From Octopus sinensis (lineage: Eukaryota): DNA of 64,000 nucleotides. The notes beneath the pieces are model-generated. The model made no database searches. It was not told the origin of the DNA and saw nothing but the letters and a program-made list of their open reading frames with translations. The position numbers were made by a program, and so were the translations under genes. Position 1 is the stretch's first letter; each line of letters opens with the position of its first letter. This document shows positions 36,398 to 50,543 of this stretch, one piece after another. The stretch spans positions 62,062,001 to 62,126,000 of the forward strand of contig NC_043002.1 in assembly GCF_006345805.1 (NCBI RefSeq), read 5' to 3'.

Positions 36398-39300
36398 GGA
36401 CTCACAAACATGACTATAGTTATAATGAAAATTTCCGGGGATGTTTTAGATAATGTGTAAATTTGTTATGAAAATTTTTTCAGAGAGGAGCGGGAGGGGT
36501 TTCTGATAATTGGCAAATCTCGACTTTTTCAGTCATAAATTCCGAAAACTGGTTAGTTTTTAATATTTTCAACAAATACCTTTCAGATGGTGTAAATTAC
36601 GATTATGTCTGAATTTGATATGAAAATCTATCGAGTTGGGATCGAATAATTCACATATCTTGACTTTCATCATATGTTCTGCAGCGTTTGTAAATTTTCT
36701 ACCACGCCCATTTCCCTGCATTAAATTCCGATAAAAACTTAATTTTCACCAACTGAAACGTGTATGTTTAAAATTTTATTTGAAAAATATCGAATTCTCA
36801 CAACGTTATGAGGAAAGAAATTCGGCGTGTGAAGTAGGGGCATATGAGGGCACATATTTATAGTTATGCCAAATTGAAATGAGATACAGCAGATCAAATA
36901 TATTCCCAAGGTGCATATTTCCATTTCTCATATGTACAGAAAAATATATTTACCAGTGACATATTCAATCCGATTTAATTAATAGTACTCACCTTTATGA
37001 ATTTGTGACATTTGTTAGAAATCAACATAAATTTCGAAATATTAGAAATGTGAATGAAACAACTAAAAATGCATTGGCAGTCTCTCTTGAAAACTTGTGT
37101 CTATCACAGGGTTTCATCACCACATATCGGTATAACTTTTATCAGTTTTATCCTAACTCATTTCTTTCTTCACCATACTTATTTCCCAAATGTATTTGTT
37201 TTGCGTCTGTATAATATTGCGATAATACTTCGAATTCTCTAAAAGGCAAAAACATTGTTGATAAACGTATAATAAATATATGTGTATTTAACATGGACGC
37301 GGGAAATACCGTCTGGTCGAGAGATTTCCTTATGTTGCTAGGTTGCACCATTCCTACAACAAACGTTTTCTCGTGTAGCTTTGAGAAACTCAGAATCTCA
37401 CGTGTATAATGTAGAAAGTGAAGTTCTACAGAACCTGGCAACAGATAAGTATGTGTATGCATTAAATAGTTATATATGCAAAGACACACACACACACACA
37501 CATACACACACACACACAAACGCACGCATAAATATATATCATGACGCACCATTTATGAAAATGGTAACGGTGTAGTAAAATACTTCAAATTAAATTCTAA
37601 TTCATCCTAAACCAACGATCAATAAAAAAAATTACATTAATTTGTTTATGTAAATGCATCTAATGAAGGATGCACTTAGAAAATACTTTGCTGTGATAAC
37701 GAACACTCATATAGATTAACAGTGGAGTTCCCCTCGTCAGTTGCAAATCGATTCGAATCAGCATTTCAACACCTTGAATATACATCACTACTTCCGATAA
37801 TGTCGAGCATCGTCAAAAATATACACTGACATTGTTTGCAAATATTAGAAAATTCGTTAACAGAATTCGTTGCGAATATAAGAGCATTCATTGACAGAAT
37901 TCTGTTGGGAAACATACATTAAAAAAGCTCTTGAAAGATGAGTATTAACACTGATATTTATTAAAAACGTGATAAAGGAAGCAAAAAAATCGTACAGTTT
38001 TAAAGACCGGACAAGGCCAAAAGAAGCTTAGCCAAATTAATATACGAAACAAAATTTGAGAAAAGAGGGAAACAGCCGTGATTAGGTTTAGAGATAATTT
38101 AGATGAAGCAAATGACAAGTTTAATCATCTCCCTTTTGTTATTGAAATATGAACATCAGACCATAACCAGAGAAAAGGAAAAAAATTGAGGACAAAATTC
38201 ATCAAATTAGCAAATACATTTTCTAATAAAGAGATACAAGCATGAGAATACAGTGCTGCCAATATATATAAATATTAATATGCATACTTACGTATGCTTA
38301 CACATACACGCACATATATGAATGCACAGGTATGATTATAAACCAAGATGTCAAAATGTATGACGCATATGGAACCTCTCGGCTTATATCTGTGTTTCAC
38401 TCAGACCTTTTTTCATCAAGTGATCGATTACCAGCAGAAGAGACTCTACTAAGATTGAACCTAGAAACTACTGGCATCATGTCAATCTGAATCTCAATCA
38501 CATTACTGATATTTTACTCTGTACCACCACTTATTTAATGCTTTTTCTTTCATATGACACGACCAAGATATGTATAAAGCCGATTTTCTGTCAGAGCTTA
38601 TCTAGCACGTCGCAGTTTTTCTACATTCTCTGTATAATTGTTTCCAGCATCCAAAATAACACGTTACTTTTGCTCAGTATCATCCTACAGAATGAAATTA
38701 TATCCTTTTAAAGTGTCGTATTGCTTCTTAATAGAATGGACAAGGCGAGTTTCAAAAAAATGTCTCCCTTTTTCCCCTTTTATAAAGAGAAAGAAGCATT
38801 TAAATTCATTCCATTTTGTATATTTTCTAATTATGGAAATTTTATGTCGATCATACTAATTTCATTAATATATTCAACACCTCCCTCAAACATTTATTTC
38901 ATTCAAATATTAAAGGTAAAAATGTTGTTGCTTTTCTCTTTCAGTAAATTGTGTGCTATATTTTCGATTGGAGGCAGCGAGAACGATACGCAAATAGATA
39001 GAGATAGAAGGGGAGGAAAGGATAGAGTGAGAGGGAAAGAAAGAGGGAGAGGGAGAGAGAGAAAGAGGTAATGAGAGATATAGTTGTGGGATTTCAAACT
39101 CAAATTGAAGCGCAATAGTATCAAGTAGGGCTAATATGTAAGTCGCCCTATCCAAAAATGCAATGTTCCGGAAACATCATTCAATTCATCATTTTCTTTA
39201 ACAGAATTCATATTTCTTGTGGTATTTATTCTATCATTGATTTCCATTTGTTTTGGAATAAAATCGTTAGGTTAGGAACAAAAATACAAAATAACCACGA

Positions 39301-40079
39301 AATAAAAACAAAATGAAAAGAAAGGAAGAAAACCTTTTTATAACATCTTGCATGTCCTTCGGGGCAAGGGCTGAAATAACATCCATATATCACAGGTTTT
39401 TCACAAAAGTTGCAAAGCTGTTAGTTCATATTGAGAATTACCAACGGAGATGGAATGAATGATGATAGTGTTCTCGGCACGAACTTTATTGAAAGATGTG
39501 TCACGTCACTGTATCATGTTCAGAAAAGCTAGATTCTTTGAGAGAACTAGATATCATTTCAACTTACACATGATCTGCAATTATAACCAGAAATATGTAA
39601 TATTTCTGAAGTAGGTTAAGGTAAATAGAAAATACGCAACGAAGCAAGTTTGTAAGTTATATATACATACACAAGCACACACAATCACACACACACATAT
39701 TATATATATATATATATATAATTTTTGGGTACACATTCGTATTTGATAACAGTGTGACTTGGCCCTAAGCAACTTTCGTTCGGTTATCGAACAGCATGGT
39801 CGCAGCTCTGAGTTGTGACTACAAAAGTAAAATTAAAAGATCACCAATAACAATCACCAATTGCCTCCCCTTAGATTTTTCTACCTCTTGATTCACTTCA
39901 TTCACAAACCTCCATACGAAACATGGACGAATATCTTCATAAGAAAACACGAAATTTCAATAATTTCAATGTCATGATTCGCGTAAGTGAAACCGTTGAC
40001 ATACAAAATACTCTTCCACTTAAGAAATATATTTTAAAATATATTAAGACTATGTAAACTGGGTGCACTTTCCATCTAT

Positions 40080-40117
<38 letters not shown>

Positions 40118-40120
40118 TAT

Positions 40121-40347
40121 AAGTCGGCGAGCTGGCAGAAATGTTAGCGCGCCGGGCGAAATGCGTAGCCGTATTTCGTCTGCTGTTACGTTCTGGGTTC
40201 AAATTCCGCCGAGGTCGACTTTGCCTTTCATCCTTTCGGAGTCGATAAATTAAGCACCAGTTACGCACTGGGGTCGATGTAATCGATTTAATCCGTTTGT
40301 CTGTCCTTGTTTGTCCCCTCTGTGTTTAGCCCCTTGTGGGCAATAAA

Positions 40348-40349
<2 letters not shown>
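40121..40349 (+). mobile_element. SINE family A, short form, between (TA)n tracts
   Basis: aagtcggcgagctggcagaaatgttagc...gggcaataaag. Confidence 0.9.
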
Positions 40350-40390
<41 letters not shown>

Positions 40391-40574
40391 CACTACAACT
40401 CACCCGGTGGGAATAATCGGAATTCTCGTGCTCCATTTTCTTACGATATATATATATATATATATTATATATATTATATATATATATATATATATGCTTG
40501 TATAGCAAGGAGAGAAGAAGCGAAAGAAAGTGATAATCAGTTATATATACGAATTGATGCTGAAGTTTTCTCTC

Positions 40575-40765
40575 CTTGAAGGTAATTGCGAAAGCCTGGT
40601 TTGAGGCCCAACATTACGCGTTCTTTTACAGGGCTTAGAAAAACTGAAGGGCAGTTGCAATAAATGTGTGAATCTGAGAGGGAAACATGTTGGATACAAT
40701 CATAATTAACTAACTGTGCTGTATTATATGTTACCCAACACCAGGAACTTTTATGCACTCCATTG
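40575..40765 (+). pseudogene. Tc1/mariner transposase C-terminal fragment
   Basis: KAWFEAQ, then (frameshift) LLQGLEKLKGSCNKCVNLRGKHV, resembling mariner C-termini (WF..Q...FF..G..KL..RC.KC....G.YV). Confidence 0.6.
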
Positions 40766-41981
40766 TATTTGATAAAAGTTTGACTCGGCCCTAAGTTCGC
40801 TTATCTCACCAGACGTTTTGTGACCGAATGAGAGAAATCCAAGCTAGCATCTAGATACTGGACCACTACTAAACAACGCAGGACATATGGTATTATTGAG
40901 AAAGTAATGATGTTTAGTTGAATGCTTTTTATCTAGGACCAGTGCTAGTACAAAATTTTGGTAATTATTTGGCGACCCCCTGTCTGAAAAGTGCGGTATG
41001 GTATTTTAGAGACATCATTTCCATTGTATGTTTGTATGTGTGCACTTGATATGCAAATGTGTGTATTAAGTGTATGCGTGTATAACTGCTTACTCTGTGT
41101 GTGTTGAGCGTGCGATCGTGTATCCTGTGTGTATGTTCATTTTTGAGCCAGTGGACATGTATCTGTTTTATGTGTATGTATGTGCGTGTGGTGTATGTGT
41201 CTGTTTTATGTGTGTGTATATGCGCGTCGTATATGTGCTTGTTTTATGAGTATGTGCTTGTGGTGTATGTGTGTGTTTTATGTTTTTGTATGTGCGTGTG
41301 GTGTATGGCTTTCTTTTATACGTTTGTATGTGTCTGTTTTATGTGTGTGTATATGCGTATGGTATATGTGTTTGTATGTGCGTATGGTGTATGTGTCTGC
41401 ATATATATCTCTGTCGTCTGGCGTGTGCCTATGGTGATTAGTTTTTCTGATGTATTCGATGCCAAACTTTGGTAATAACGTTTCCGAGGGAGTAACTAGA
41501 TATGTTGTTGGATTAAAGTTTGGTCTGGACTAAATGCCTAATGTGCAACAGGGACAGAGATGCAGGAAGAGCAGTAAAATATGACAACCGATGCAGACCT
41601 TGTGGAGTTAACACCGAAGATATCTCCCACATCATAAGCAGTTGTGCGAAAATGTCATCGCGGTATTAACTACCGATGAGACATGGGGTTGTAACTAGGA
41701 AAGTATATAATGAAATCCGTCGAAAGGATTGCTCTCAGGACAAAGATAAAATAACCCACAGTATGTCATAACCACTCATAATAAAAAGGAATACTGGTGG
41801 AATGTCTAAGTGACGACCTATATAAAGTATAAGCACAACAGATCTGATATAATGATTTGGGATAGAGAAGTGAAACTGTGTAGAGTTGTGGAAATTAGCT
41901 GCCTAGCGGATGTTAAGATACAGCTGAAAATCAGGCACTACCTGGAATTGAACTCGACATCATGAATAAGTAAAAAAAAAA

Positions 41982-42021
<40 letters not shown>

Positions 42022-42099
42022 TAATAATAATAATAATGATAATGATAATAATAATAACAACAACAACAACAACAATAATAATAATAATAATATCAACAA

Positions 42100-42280
42100 A
42101 AAATACCTTAGGAATTTGAACCCAGCGTCGGGTCCAAAATTCTACCGAGACATTTGATGAAGTCTGGATAGTAAATCAGCCAAAACGTTGTGGTAACAAC
42201 AAAGATGAGGACACAAACCCATCCAATGTAAATGATGTAAATAATGTACAGACTTCCACATCTCTAAAATATACAACAGT
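42100..42280 (+). mobile_element. Short PLE-like element with a decayed hammerhead
   Basis: catt-TGATGA-a-gtctg(gatagtaaat)cagcc-aAAAC-GTT-gtg, then aacaaagatgaggac...aatgtaaatgatgtaaataatgtaca shared with 56446-56510. Confidence 0.5.
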
Positions 42281-42813
42281 ATTTATGTATTAGTTATATT
42301 AGAACATATACCCTTTATATGTTCTTTTTGTGGAGGCGGCTATAAAGAACATATATATATACATAGCATCACAAATATGCAAAATCGCCAATGTCAGCGT
42401 TTTCCCAAAATATTTTTTTCCAAACCTACGCTTTGTCACACCCTTTTCGCGTTCTTGTAAAAGTTTCTAACTGACAAGGTCAGCCTTGTTTGGAATCGTT
42501 ATACCTTTAGTATATCAATCATGTGATTCCCTAAAACCGACTTCGATCAATGATGAATACATTTTAGACTCCCTTCAGTTAATGTGTTTCCATTGGCTAT
42601 TTTAAATTTTATTTTCCGTTCTAGTTCGATATGAAGCAGTGGTATGAGCGCTAATTCACCCGTCGCCAAACACTGTCCGGCGTACTCCTCACACTTGCCG
42701 TAGCGTCACTAACAGTAGAAAGACTGGGAACGGTTAATTTCTTTGACATCCATTCCGCATACGCTTTCATTCATGCAAAAGTGAGCGAATACCAAACAGA
42801 CACACACACAGAG

Positions 42814-42867
<54 letters not shown>

Positions 42868-43095
42868 ATATATATATGCATATTTGTATATATGTGTGCG
42901 TGTGCGTCTGCATGTATAAATATACATACTATATATAACATCTATTATGAAGTGTATACAGTTATTCTACTTATGCAATATATATATATATATATAACGG
43001 GAAGCTTTATGAAAATAAACAAAAGACGAAGGCAGGTGGAAAACAAACGAACAATTGTATTAGTATGGCGCTCAGGAAATATAAATAAAACAAGT

Positions 43096-43152
<57 letters not shown>

Positions 43153-43744
43153 TGAATGTATGCATGTATTTATGTATATATATATAATATATATATATAT
43201 GTTGTGTGTATCCTCATGTCGCCGTTTTTCCACTTTTATCATTATTTGAATCGTTTCCCTCGTCCACAATGGCATTTGTTGTGTTGTCATTTTTGGTTTC
43301 TTTTTTCCACTGAAAAATCGTTATTTAATATTATAAAGATAAATGTGCTCCGCAAGAAACTCAATTGATTCTTTTTTATAAAATATATATATACTTCTGT
43401 CATGTGTCTGCTAAACTGGGATTCATTTAATTTATTTAAAGAAACTTTTATTATTCTTTTTATTTATTTTTCATTGGTTTTCTTTTTGTGGAGGCGGTTA
43501 TAAAGTGCTGGCTGCCATTTTGCTTGTTTACGAGTAACAGAAAAGCAACAAAAAATATCTTTGCAAAATAAAGGTTTGTTTTTAACCGGAATGGGAAGAA
43601 TTGAGGGAACTAATTAAATTTGTATTTCTGATTTTTTTAAATGTCCTCCATTAAAACTTTTCCTTCGTGTAGTTTCACAAGTGGGCCTAGACAGACACAT
43701 TTGCTATCTCGAAGGACAATGACAACACATACGAAAATAACAAA

Positions 43745-43772
43745 TATAACAATAATAATAATAATAATAATA

Positions 43773-43838
<66 letters not shown>

Positions 43839-44040
43839 GTAATAATAATAATAATAACAATAATAATAATAAGAAGAAGAAGAAGAAAAAAGAAGAAGAA
43901 GAAAAGAAGAAGAAGATGAAGAAGAAGAAGAAGAAGAAGAAGAAGAAGAAGAAGAAGAAGAAGAAGAAGAAGAAGAAGAAGAAGAAGAAGAAGAAGAAGA
44001 AGAAGAAGAAGAATGACAATAATAATAATAATAATAGCAA
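43745..44040. repeat. Compound (AAT)n/(AAG)n microsatellite
   Basis: Direct reading. Confidence 0.95.
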
Positions 44041-44177
44041 TAATGATGTTTGCTTCTTTTGCGATAGAGGAAAAAGTATGTAAGGGGTGATACGGAGACT
44101 GACATAAAGTGCGGGGGGTTACATATAAAGAAATGACTGTAAAATGGGACATTAAAGACATACCAGCGTCTCACAAC

Positions 44178-44221
<44 letters not shown>

Positions 44222-44231
44222 TGTAATTTGT

Positions 44232-44728
44232 TATCATCTATATAGTTTTGTCTTGGTAGAAAGATGGGCTACAGCAAATATTCTGATCAATACCACAGAT
44301 TTGCTTGTCAATTGTTTGACCCTTAACCAGTTGACCATGTCCCTTAGTGGCTGACGATATGTGCATATCTGACCTCGAGCAGAAGTAGTGTGGGAGCATC
44401 TTAGCCGTGTGTTGACAGGAATTCTTAGAGGTTTGGATAATTTACCTTTGGAAACGTGGATGTTTCGTTCAACATCCTTAAACAATCCTTATTCAGGGAC
44501 CTTTTGAGCGGGATGGGCTACTCGACCAAAAGAAAATTCTAACTGGGCCCCACCTGCAAGGCTTTGCGCTGTTTATCTTGATATGAGATCGCCATGTCGC
44601 GCACATATGGTTGTGATGCATGTGCATAGTGTATCCTTATCAGATGGGTCGTCATGATGGGTATACTGGCTTCGTATATTTTACTCCTGTGTCATTTTGA
44701 TGGCATGCACTACTCTCTCTCTTTCACT
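44232..44728 (-). mobile_element. Family D repeat, one end truncated
   Basis: gtcccttagtggctgacgatatgtgcat and gggatgggctactcgacc match the reverse complement of copy 1; flanked by (AAT)n. Confidence 0.8.
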
Positions 44729-44763
44729 AAATAATATAATAATAATAATAATAATAATAATAA

Positions 44764-44795
<32 letters not shown>

Positions 44796-45819
44796 CAACA
44801 CAACAACAACAGCAATAATTATTGCTTTTCTTTACTCTCGGGGCAACGGATGTAAGAGACAATACCGAGGCAAACATAAAGTGCCGAGGGTTACATATAA
44901 CGAAATGACAGTAAATAGGGAACATTGTTGTCATACCAACGTCTCACAAAACTAAATGTTGTTTAAAATAGCTTTGCTAGGAACAGTCTACATCTTGCAT
45001 CCAATTAATGTATTCAATAGGAGAGCTCATACAGAACAATCTTCATACAGCGGACACACATTACGTAATATGCACCTAATGATTTTAAGCAAGATGGCTC
45101 GTTCAACATATACCATACATGATGAATACTCGATATTACAGAAACCACGCATAGCTGAAAGAGCTCTAATATACCAAGGAATAAGAACCTATACCTTATC
45201 ACATAACAAATAGAATCGGTTCCATAGAAGGAAATGCAAGATATAAAATAGAAAGAAGTATTGAGTATATAAATAATATCAGGGTAAAAGTATGTAGCCC
45301 ATAAAACAGTTTTTGTGCATTTAAAGAGAAAACCGAACTGTGTCATGTAGGATCTTGTTTTTAGGAAATTCCAATATGTTATGAATACCCAAATCGTGAA
45401 GTCAGTTACGTAATGATATGAAATTAGTTACCCGATAGTAAGAATTCAAATAAAGTAGACCCCCAAAAGGGCTTTAGTGCATTCCCATAGTATATAGAAC
45501 TTAGGAGGATATACTAATTAGGTATGTATACCAAAATCCTGAAGCATGTTACGTAATAACAGTCTAATTAGGTATGAGATAATAACAATTCAAAGTAAAT
45601 AACCCTCAAAAGGCATTTTGTGCGTCCCTAGAGATTACAACCCTTAGGGTCGTTAGTCTTGAAACAGATTGACAATACATGTAGAAACAGTCTGGCATTT
45701 AGTTTCACAGTAGACATACAAATAAATGTGTATACAAATTTAGAAATAAAATAACAGTTACATCACTTACAAATATTACAGTTAAATAATAAATACCTGA
45801 TGATTTGGTGAATCTTATT

Positions 45820-47910
45820 AAATTCTCAGAGCTTCTTGATGAGCAACAGTTTTTATCTTTCCTCTGGGGCATAAATAAACAAATGATTAGGATTGCTGAC
45901 TCTTCAGCATCCGACATAAAGTTGGGTATGTTAGAAAACTGATTCCGCAAGGTTCAGACCTACGACATCCAAGGACTTCCCCTCGACTTTGTTAACGTTC
46001 ATTGCAAACCACAGTTTCTACGGGAATTGCGGGCGCTTGTACTGGAATGGCATATTCAAGGGAAAGGCATATTCGAGTTCTAGGAATAGATACTGGCTCA
46101 GCGCTTGCTTTAGCAGTCAAAATTGTTATCTCCAAGACTGTTAACATCATCTTATTTAATTATAAGTCGTGTGCCATTGCAAAACTTTGGTGAACCGAGG
46201 TTTCGAAGCAGCAAAACTGGTACCGCAATCTTGAAGTGCAAGTTGTGATGTGGTAGGCCTGGTGGTGTTACACTTTTCAAGAACTCAACAGGAAAATTCA
46301 CAGCTTAATTGATTTTGAGTACAGTGTCACTGGAATTGTAGATGTGACGCTCACCTGGCAACTGTTCCACAAATTGAATGTTCAAATCATCAACTGCCGC
46401 ATTCTTTGGAGCTAAAATCGCACAGATATTCTGCCATTTCTATTATGTATGGCATTTACCTCATCAGCTGTTGTCTCCCTTGGAACCACGGGAAGGGTTT
46501 TTCTAAAGTAAAGTCTCCTGCAAGCAAGACTCTGGCACCTCCCATGAGACTGGTGTTCTGTCTCAGATCCTGAAGGGCCATATCAAGAACTTCAAAGGGA
46601 ACCTTATGGCTCATTGTCTCTTCATCCCAGATTATCAACCTGCATTCACCCAGAGGTTTGCCTTTTATAGAATCACGACTGATCTTGCAGTTTGCCTTCT
46701 CCTCCTTCGACAGGTCCAAAAGAAGTTTGAGACAGGAATGAGCTGTGTAGCCACCACTTCGCAGAGTTGCAAATATTCCACTTGACGCCAATGCTATGTC
46801 AATGTCTTTCATTTGGTGCATTTTAGCCAGAAGTAGGTTGATGAAAAATGTCTTGCCAGTTCAACCTGGTGCATCCAAAAGAAAAGACCTCCTCTTCCAC
46901 TTTCAATGCTCGGAATAATGTACAATTTGCCCTGCATCAGTTTGTTTTCATAATCAGCTATATACACCGTCATTTCCTCTATGTCACAGCTGATTTCTCA
47001 CAGGTACTGAATTGCGAGATTGTTTGTTGCCTGCTCCGGTTGAGGCAGACCACATGTGGCAATGCCTTGACCTCCCATAGCTTACAAAAGTGTGTCCAGG
47101 TCAAGTAATGCTTCATTGTAAGTGGCGTTATTGAACGTGGAAATTTCCGCTAAGGATCGCCCTTGAATCCTTTGCAGCATATCCTCTGCCAACGCCTGTT
47201 TTGTTGGTTGCCCAAAGCTTTAGAGTTTCACCTAAGTCACATGTCATCAACATGATAGAAAATAGCTGGCACAGTTGACTTGGTGCTCTGCCGACTGCTG
47301 CCTCCTCCAGTGTTTGGTCATAGTGAGCATCGTCCTCAAGCAGTCCATGTTTAGCGCAGGCTTCTCTGTAGGTTTCTTGCAGACTTGCCCATTGTGCCTT
47401 CAAAGGTTTGACAGTGTGCAGCAGGAGATGCAGAAAAAAATATTTTCTATTGATGAGAGTGCACAGTGTGCACTCTCCAGATGCCCCCCCCCCCGCTTCT
47501 GAAGACTGCATGTTCTTCCCAGCCCTTAACGCAAGCTCCTTGCTTGCGTCTGTCCCATCTACTGTGTGTCCAGTACACAGGATCCTCAACATACAACAGT
47601 GTTCGGGCAAAAGATCACATTAGCATAATTTGAAGAAAGCTGTTAAAGTGATTTCTCATAGATTCAGAACCACGTTTAGAGCGTTGTGTGAAGTTTTCAC
47701 GCTGGCCATTTTCAAGATGTATAGATAGATTCACCACTGTTGGTTGCCGCTTGTGGATTTCGAAGCCCTCGTTAGAGGAAATATATCTGCTCAACTTATA
47801 TTGCTGAATTTCATCAGCCTGCCCTCTTGTTCATGTCCAAAAAAGCGCCATATTTGCGCCCTTATTGATGTATTTACATACATATTTAATATGACTCAAC
47901 ATTAACTTGG
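45820..47910 (-). pseudogene. Helitron Rep/helicase pseudogene (end of Rep domain through PIF1-type helicase)
   Basis: Sequential motifs on the minus strand: IKYVCKYINKGANMALF, DEIQQY..SRYISSNE, IHLENGQR, YREACAKHGLLEDDAHYD.TLEEA, Walker A DAPG*TGKTF, ASSGIFATL.SGG.TAHS, LIIWDEETM, GGARVLLAGDF, AILAPKN, PPGLP, NGTRL, QLYVGC*RV. Multiple stops and frameshifts. Confidence 0.92.
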
Positions 47911-48355
47911 ACCTGCAATGATTTGGAGAGCAATGAATTATAGGACACGATCCCCCAGTCGTCAGTTTGCATCCCTTGACTATTAAATTTTAGCTTGGCA
48001 GTGTTTAGGGCCATCAAAGGAAAATATATGGGTTATTTCTTTTCGCTAGGAAAATGAATAGGTTATTTCCTTTGGTTGTTAAAGAAAAATATATTGGTCA
48101 TGTATGTGGACCCAGTCTAGAGGCCCTAGCCATCCAATTATGGATTTTTATTAAACACCAACGAGCCTAGTAACAAACTGGATTTTACTTTAACATGTCT
48201 GCAAAGTTTCACGGAAATCCGTTAACGGGTGTAGACGGCAAATTGTCACAAACAGACATCCAAATAGATAATTTGCGTTTACATATGTATAAATATATGT
48301 ATATATTTGTGTTGTAAATATACATTTATACATACATATATATGTGTGTGTGTGT

Positions 48356-48394
<39 letters not shown>

Positions 48395-48397
<3 letters not shown>

Positions 48398-48580
48398 TAG
48401 AGTTTACGAAAAAAACAAAAGACGAAGACAGGTGGTGTACAAAACAAACAGATGTATTAGTATAACGCTCAGCAATAGAAAAATTCTTTTACGTTTCGGG
48501 CCTACGCTCTTCTACAGAGGGGTTACAGAAAACCCAAGGAGAGAAACAAGGAAAGAAAAACATGTGCGTAGTGATCTATC

Positions 48581-48611
<31 letters not shown>

Positions 48612-48794
48612 GAGTAGAGTTTACGAAAAAAACAAAAGACGAAGACAGGTGGTGTACAAAACAAACAGATGTATTAGTATAACGCTCAGCAATAGAAAAA
48701 TTCTTTTACGTTTCGGGCCTACGCTCTTCTACAGAGGGGTTACAGAAAACCCAAGGAGAGAAACAAGGAAAGAAAAACATGTGCGTAGTGATCT

Positions 48795-48797
<3 letters not shown>
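48395..48797 (-). mobile_element. Two identical tandem 186-bp HHR-like elements separated by (TA)n
   Basis: 48395-48580 = 48612-48797. Each contains minus-strand CTGTAGA-a-gagc(gtag)gccc-GAAAC-GTA. Confidence 0.75.
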
Positions 48798-48862
<65 letters not shown>

Positions 48863-49112
48863 CATATACATAATACACACACACATATATACACACATAC
48901 ACACACACACGTAAACGACACATATATACCTATAAGGCTTAGAGGGTGTAACCCTCTACAGACATAATTTTACTCGGAATAGGACCAGTGATGGGTCAAG
49001 GTGATAATAATGATAATATAATTCGTTTTCAGCTTAGGCACAAGGATAGCAATTCAATAATGTCGAGATAGGCCCTGATGAAAAGTTTCTTCTATCAACC
49101 TGAGAGGGCGCT

Positions 49113-49232
49113 GGTGTAGCTGTGCAGTAAGACGGTTGCTACTTAACCACATTGTTGTTGGTTCAGTCCTACTGCGTTGCACCTTTTGTAAGTGTCTTCT
49201 ACTATAGCCTTATGCCTATCAACAACTGAAAA

Positions 49233-49325
<93 letters not shown>

Positions 49326-49512
49326 TTGTGTGTCTGTGTCGCTGTGTTCGCGTTTCCGTAAATTATCAGTTCGGCAAAAGACACTGATAGAATAATTACC
49401 AGCATTAAAAATAGAATTTCTGGGATCGATCCATTGATTCTATTAAAAACAAAATTCAATATGATGCCCCAGCATGGCCGCAATCTAATGACTGAAACAA
49501 GTAAAGTAAAAA
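49113..49512 (+). mobile_element. SINE family C with internal (TG)n
   Basis: Head gctgtgcagtaagacggttgc...ggttcagtcctactgcg, tail ccagcatggccgcaatctaatgactgaaacaag. Confidence 0.8.
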
Positions 49513-50094
49513 GATCAGCAGAACTTGAACTCAGAACGTGAAAGCTGGGCTATGTTTCATTTTAGCACATGTTAAATCTATTCATGTGCCGTATACAGAG
49601 CCAAACGAATTTATTTGAGGCGTATCCCTCATTGCCTTTATCATTCTAGGACAGGAAATTATAAACTGCAATAAATTGAACTCACAAGGTAATGGGACGA
49701 AACGAAGGACCATAAGGTAATAAATATGGTATTCTTCATGCATTTGCTAAAATATCGCTTCAATAAACTTCTAAAATTATCAGTAAGCTATTTTAAACCG
49801 AGAATATGTTTTTTTTCTTCCTGCTTTTTCTCTATTTTTTTCTGGTGACATCCACTGTAAATGTAAATTAATTGCCCGCCTAGCTAGAAAAATAAAGAAA
49901 AGCATTCAATAGGCAAATATATAGTTTAAAAAAATATCAGATTATTTGAAAGAAATAAAAATATAATAGCTGCCGTTTAAAATGCGCAGCCAATAACATA
50001 AATAAAATTCTTAAAGTTAAAAAAAAAATGTTTAATATTTGTATTCGGATAATGGAGCACTCACATGATGAAGAAGAGCTAGTAGATAGAAGAA

Positions 50095-50215
<121 letters not shown>

Positions 50216-50288
50216 AAACATGGATAGAGAGATAATGATTTTATAGAGAGACAGATATATGGGCAGGTTGACATGTAGATAGGAGTTA

Positions 50289-50333
<45 letters not shown>

Positions 50334-50496
50334 TATATATACATGTATGTATGTATAGATTGATATATAGGGATATACATGTGTTGATAGATATGTGGGT
50401 AGATAGATTAATATAGAGATGGATATAGATATAGTGATTTTATATACAGGGAGACTGATTGATAGATGGTCAGGTAGATTGGAGTTAGATAGATAT

Positions 50497-50543
<47 letters not shown>

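Noticed and set aside
39770-39810. gttcg/cgaac hairpin followed by GAAA on the minus strand
   Set aside because: No CUGANGA upstream.
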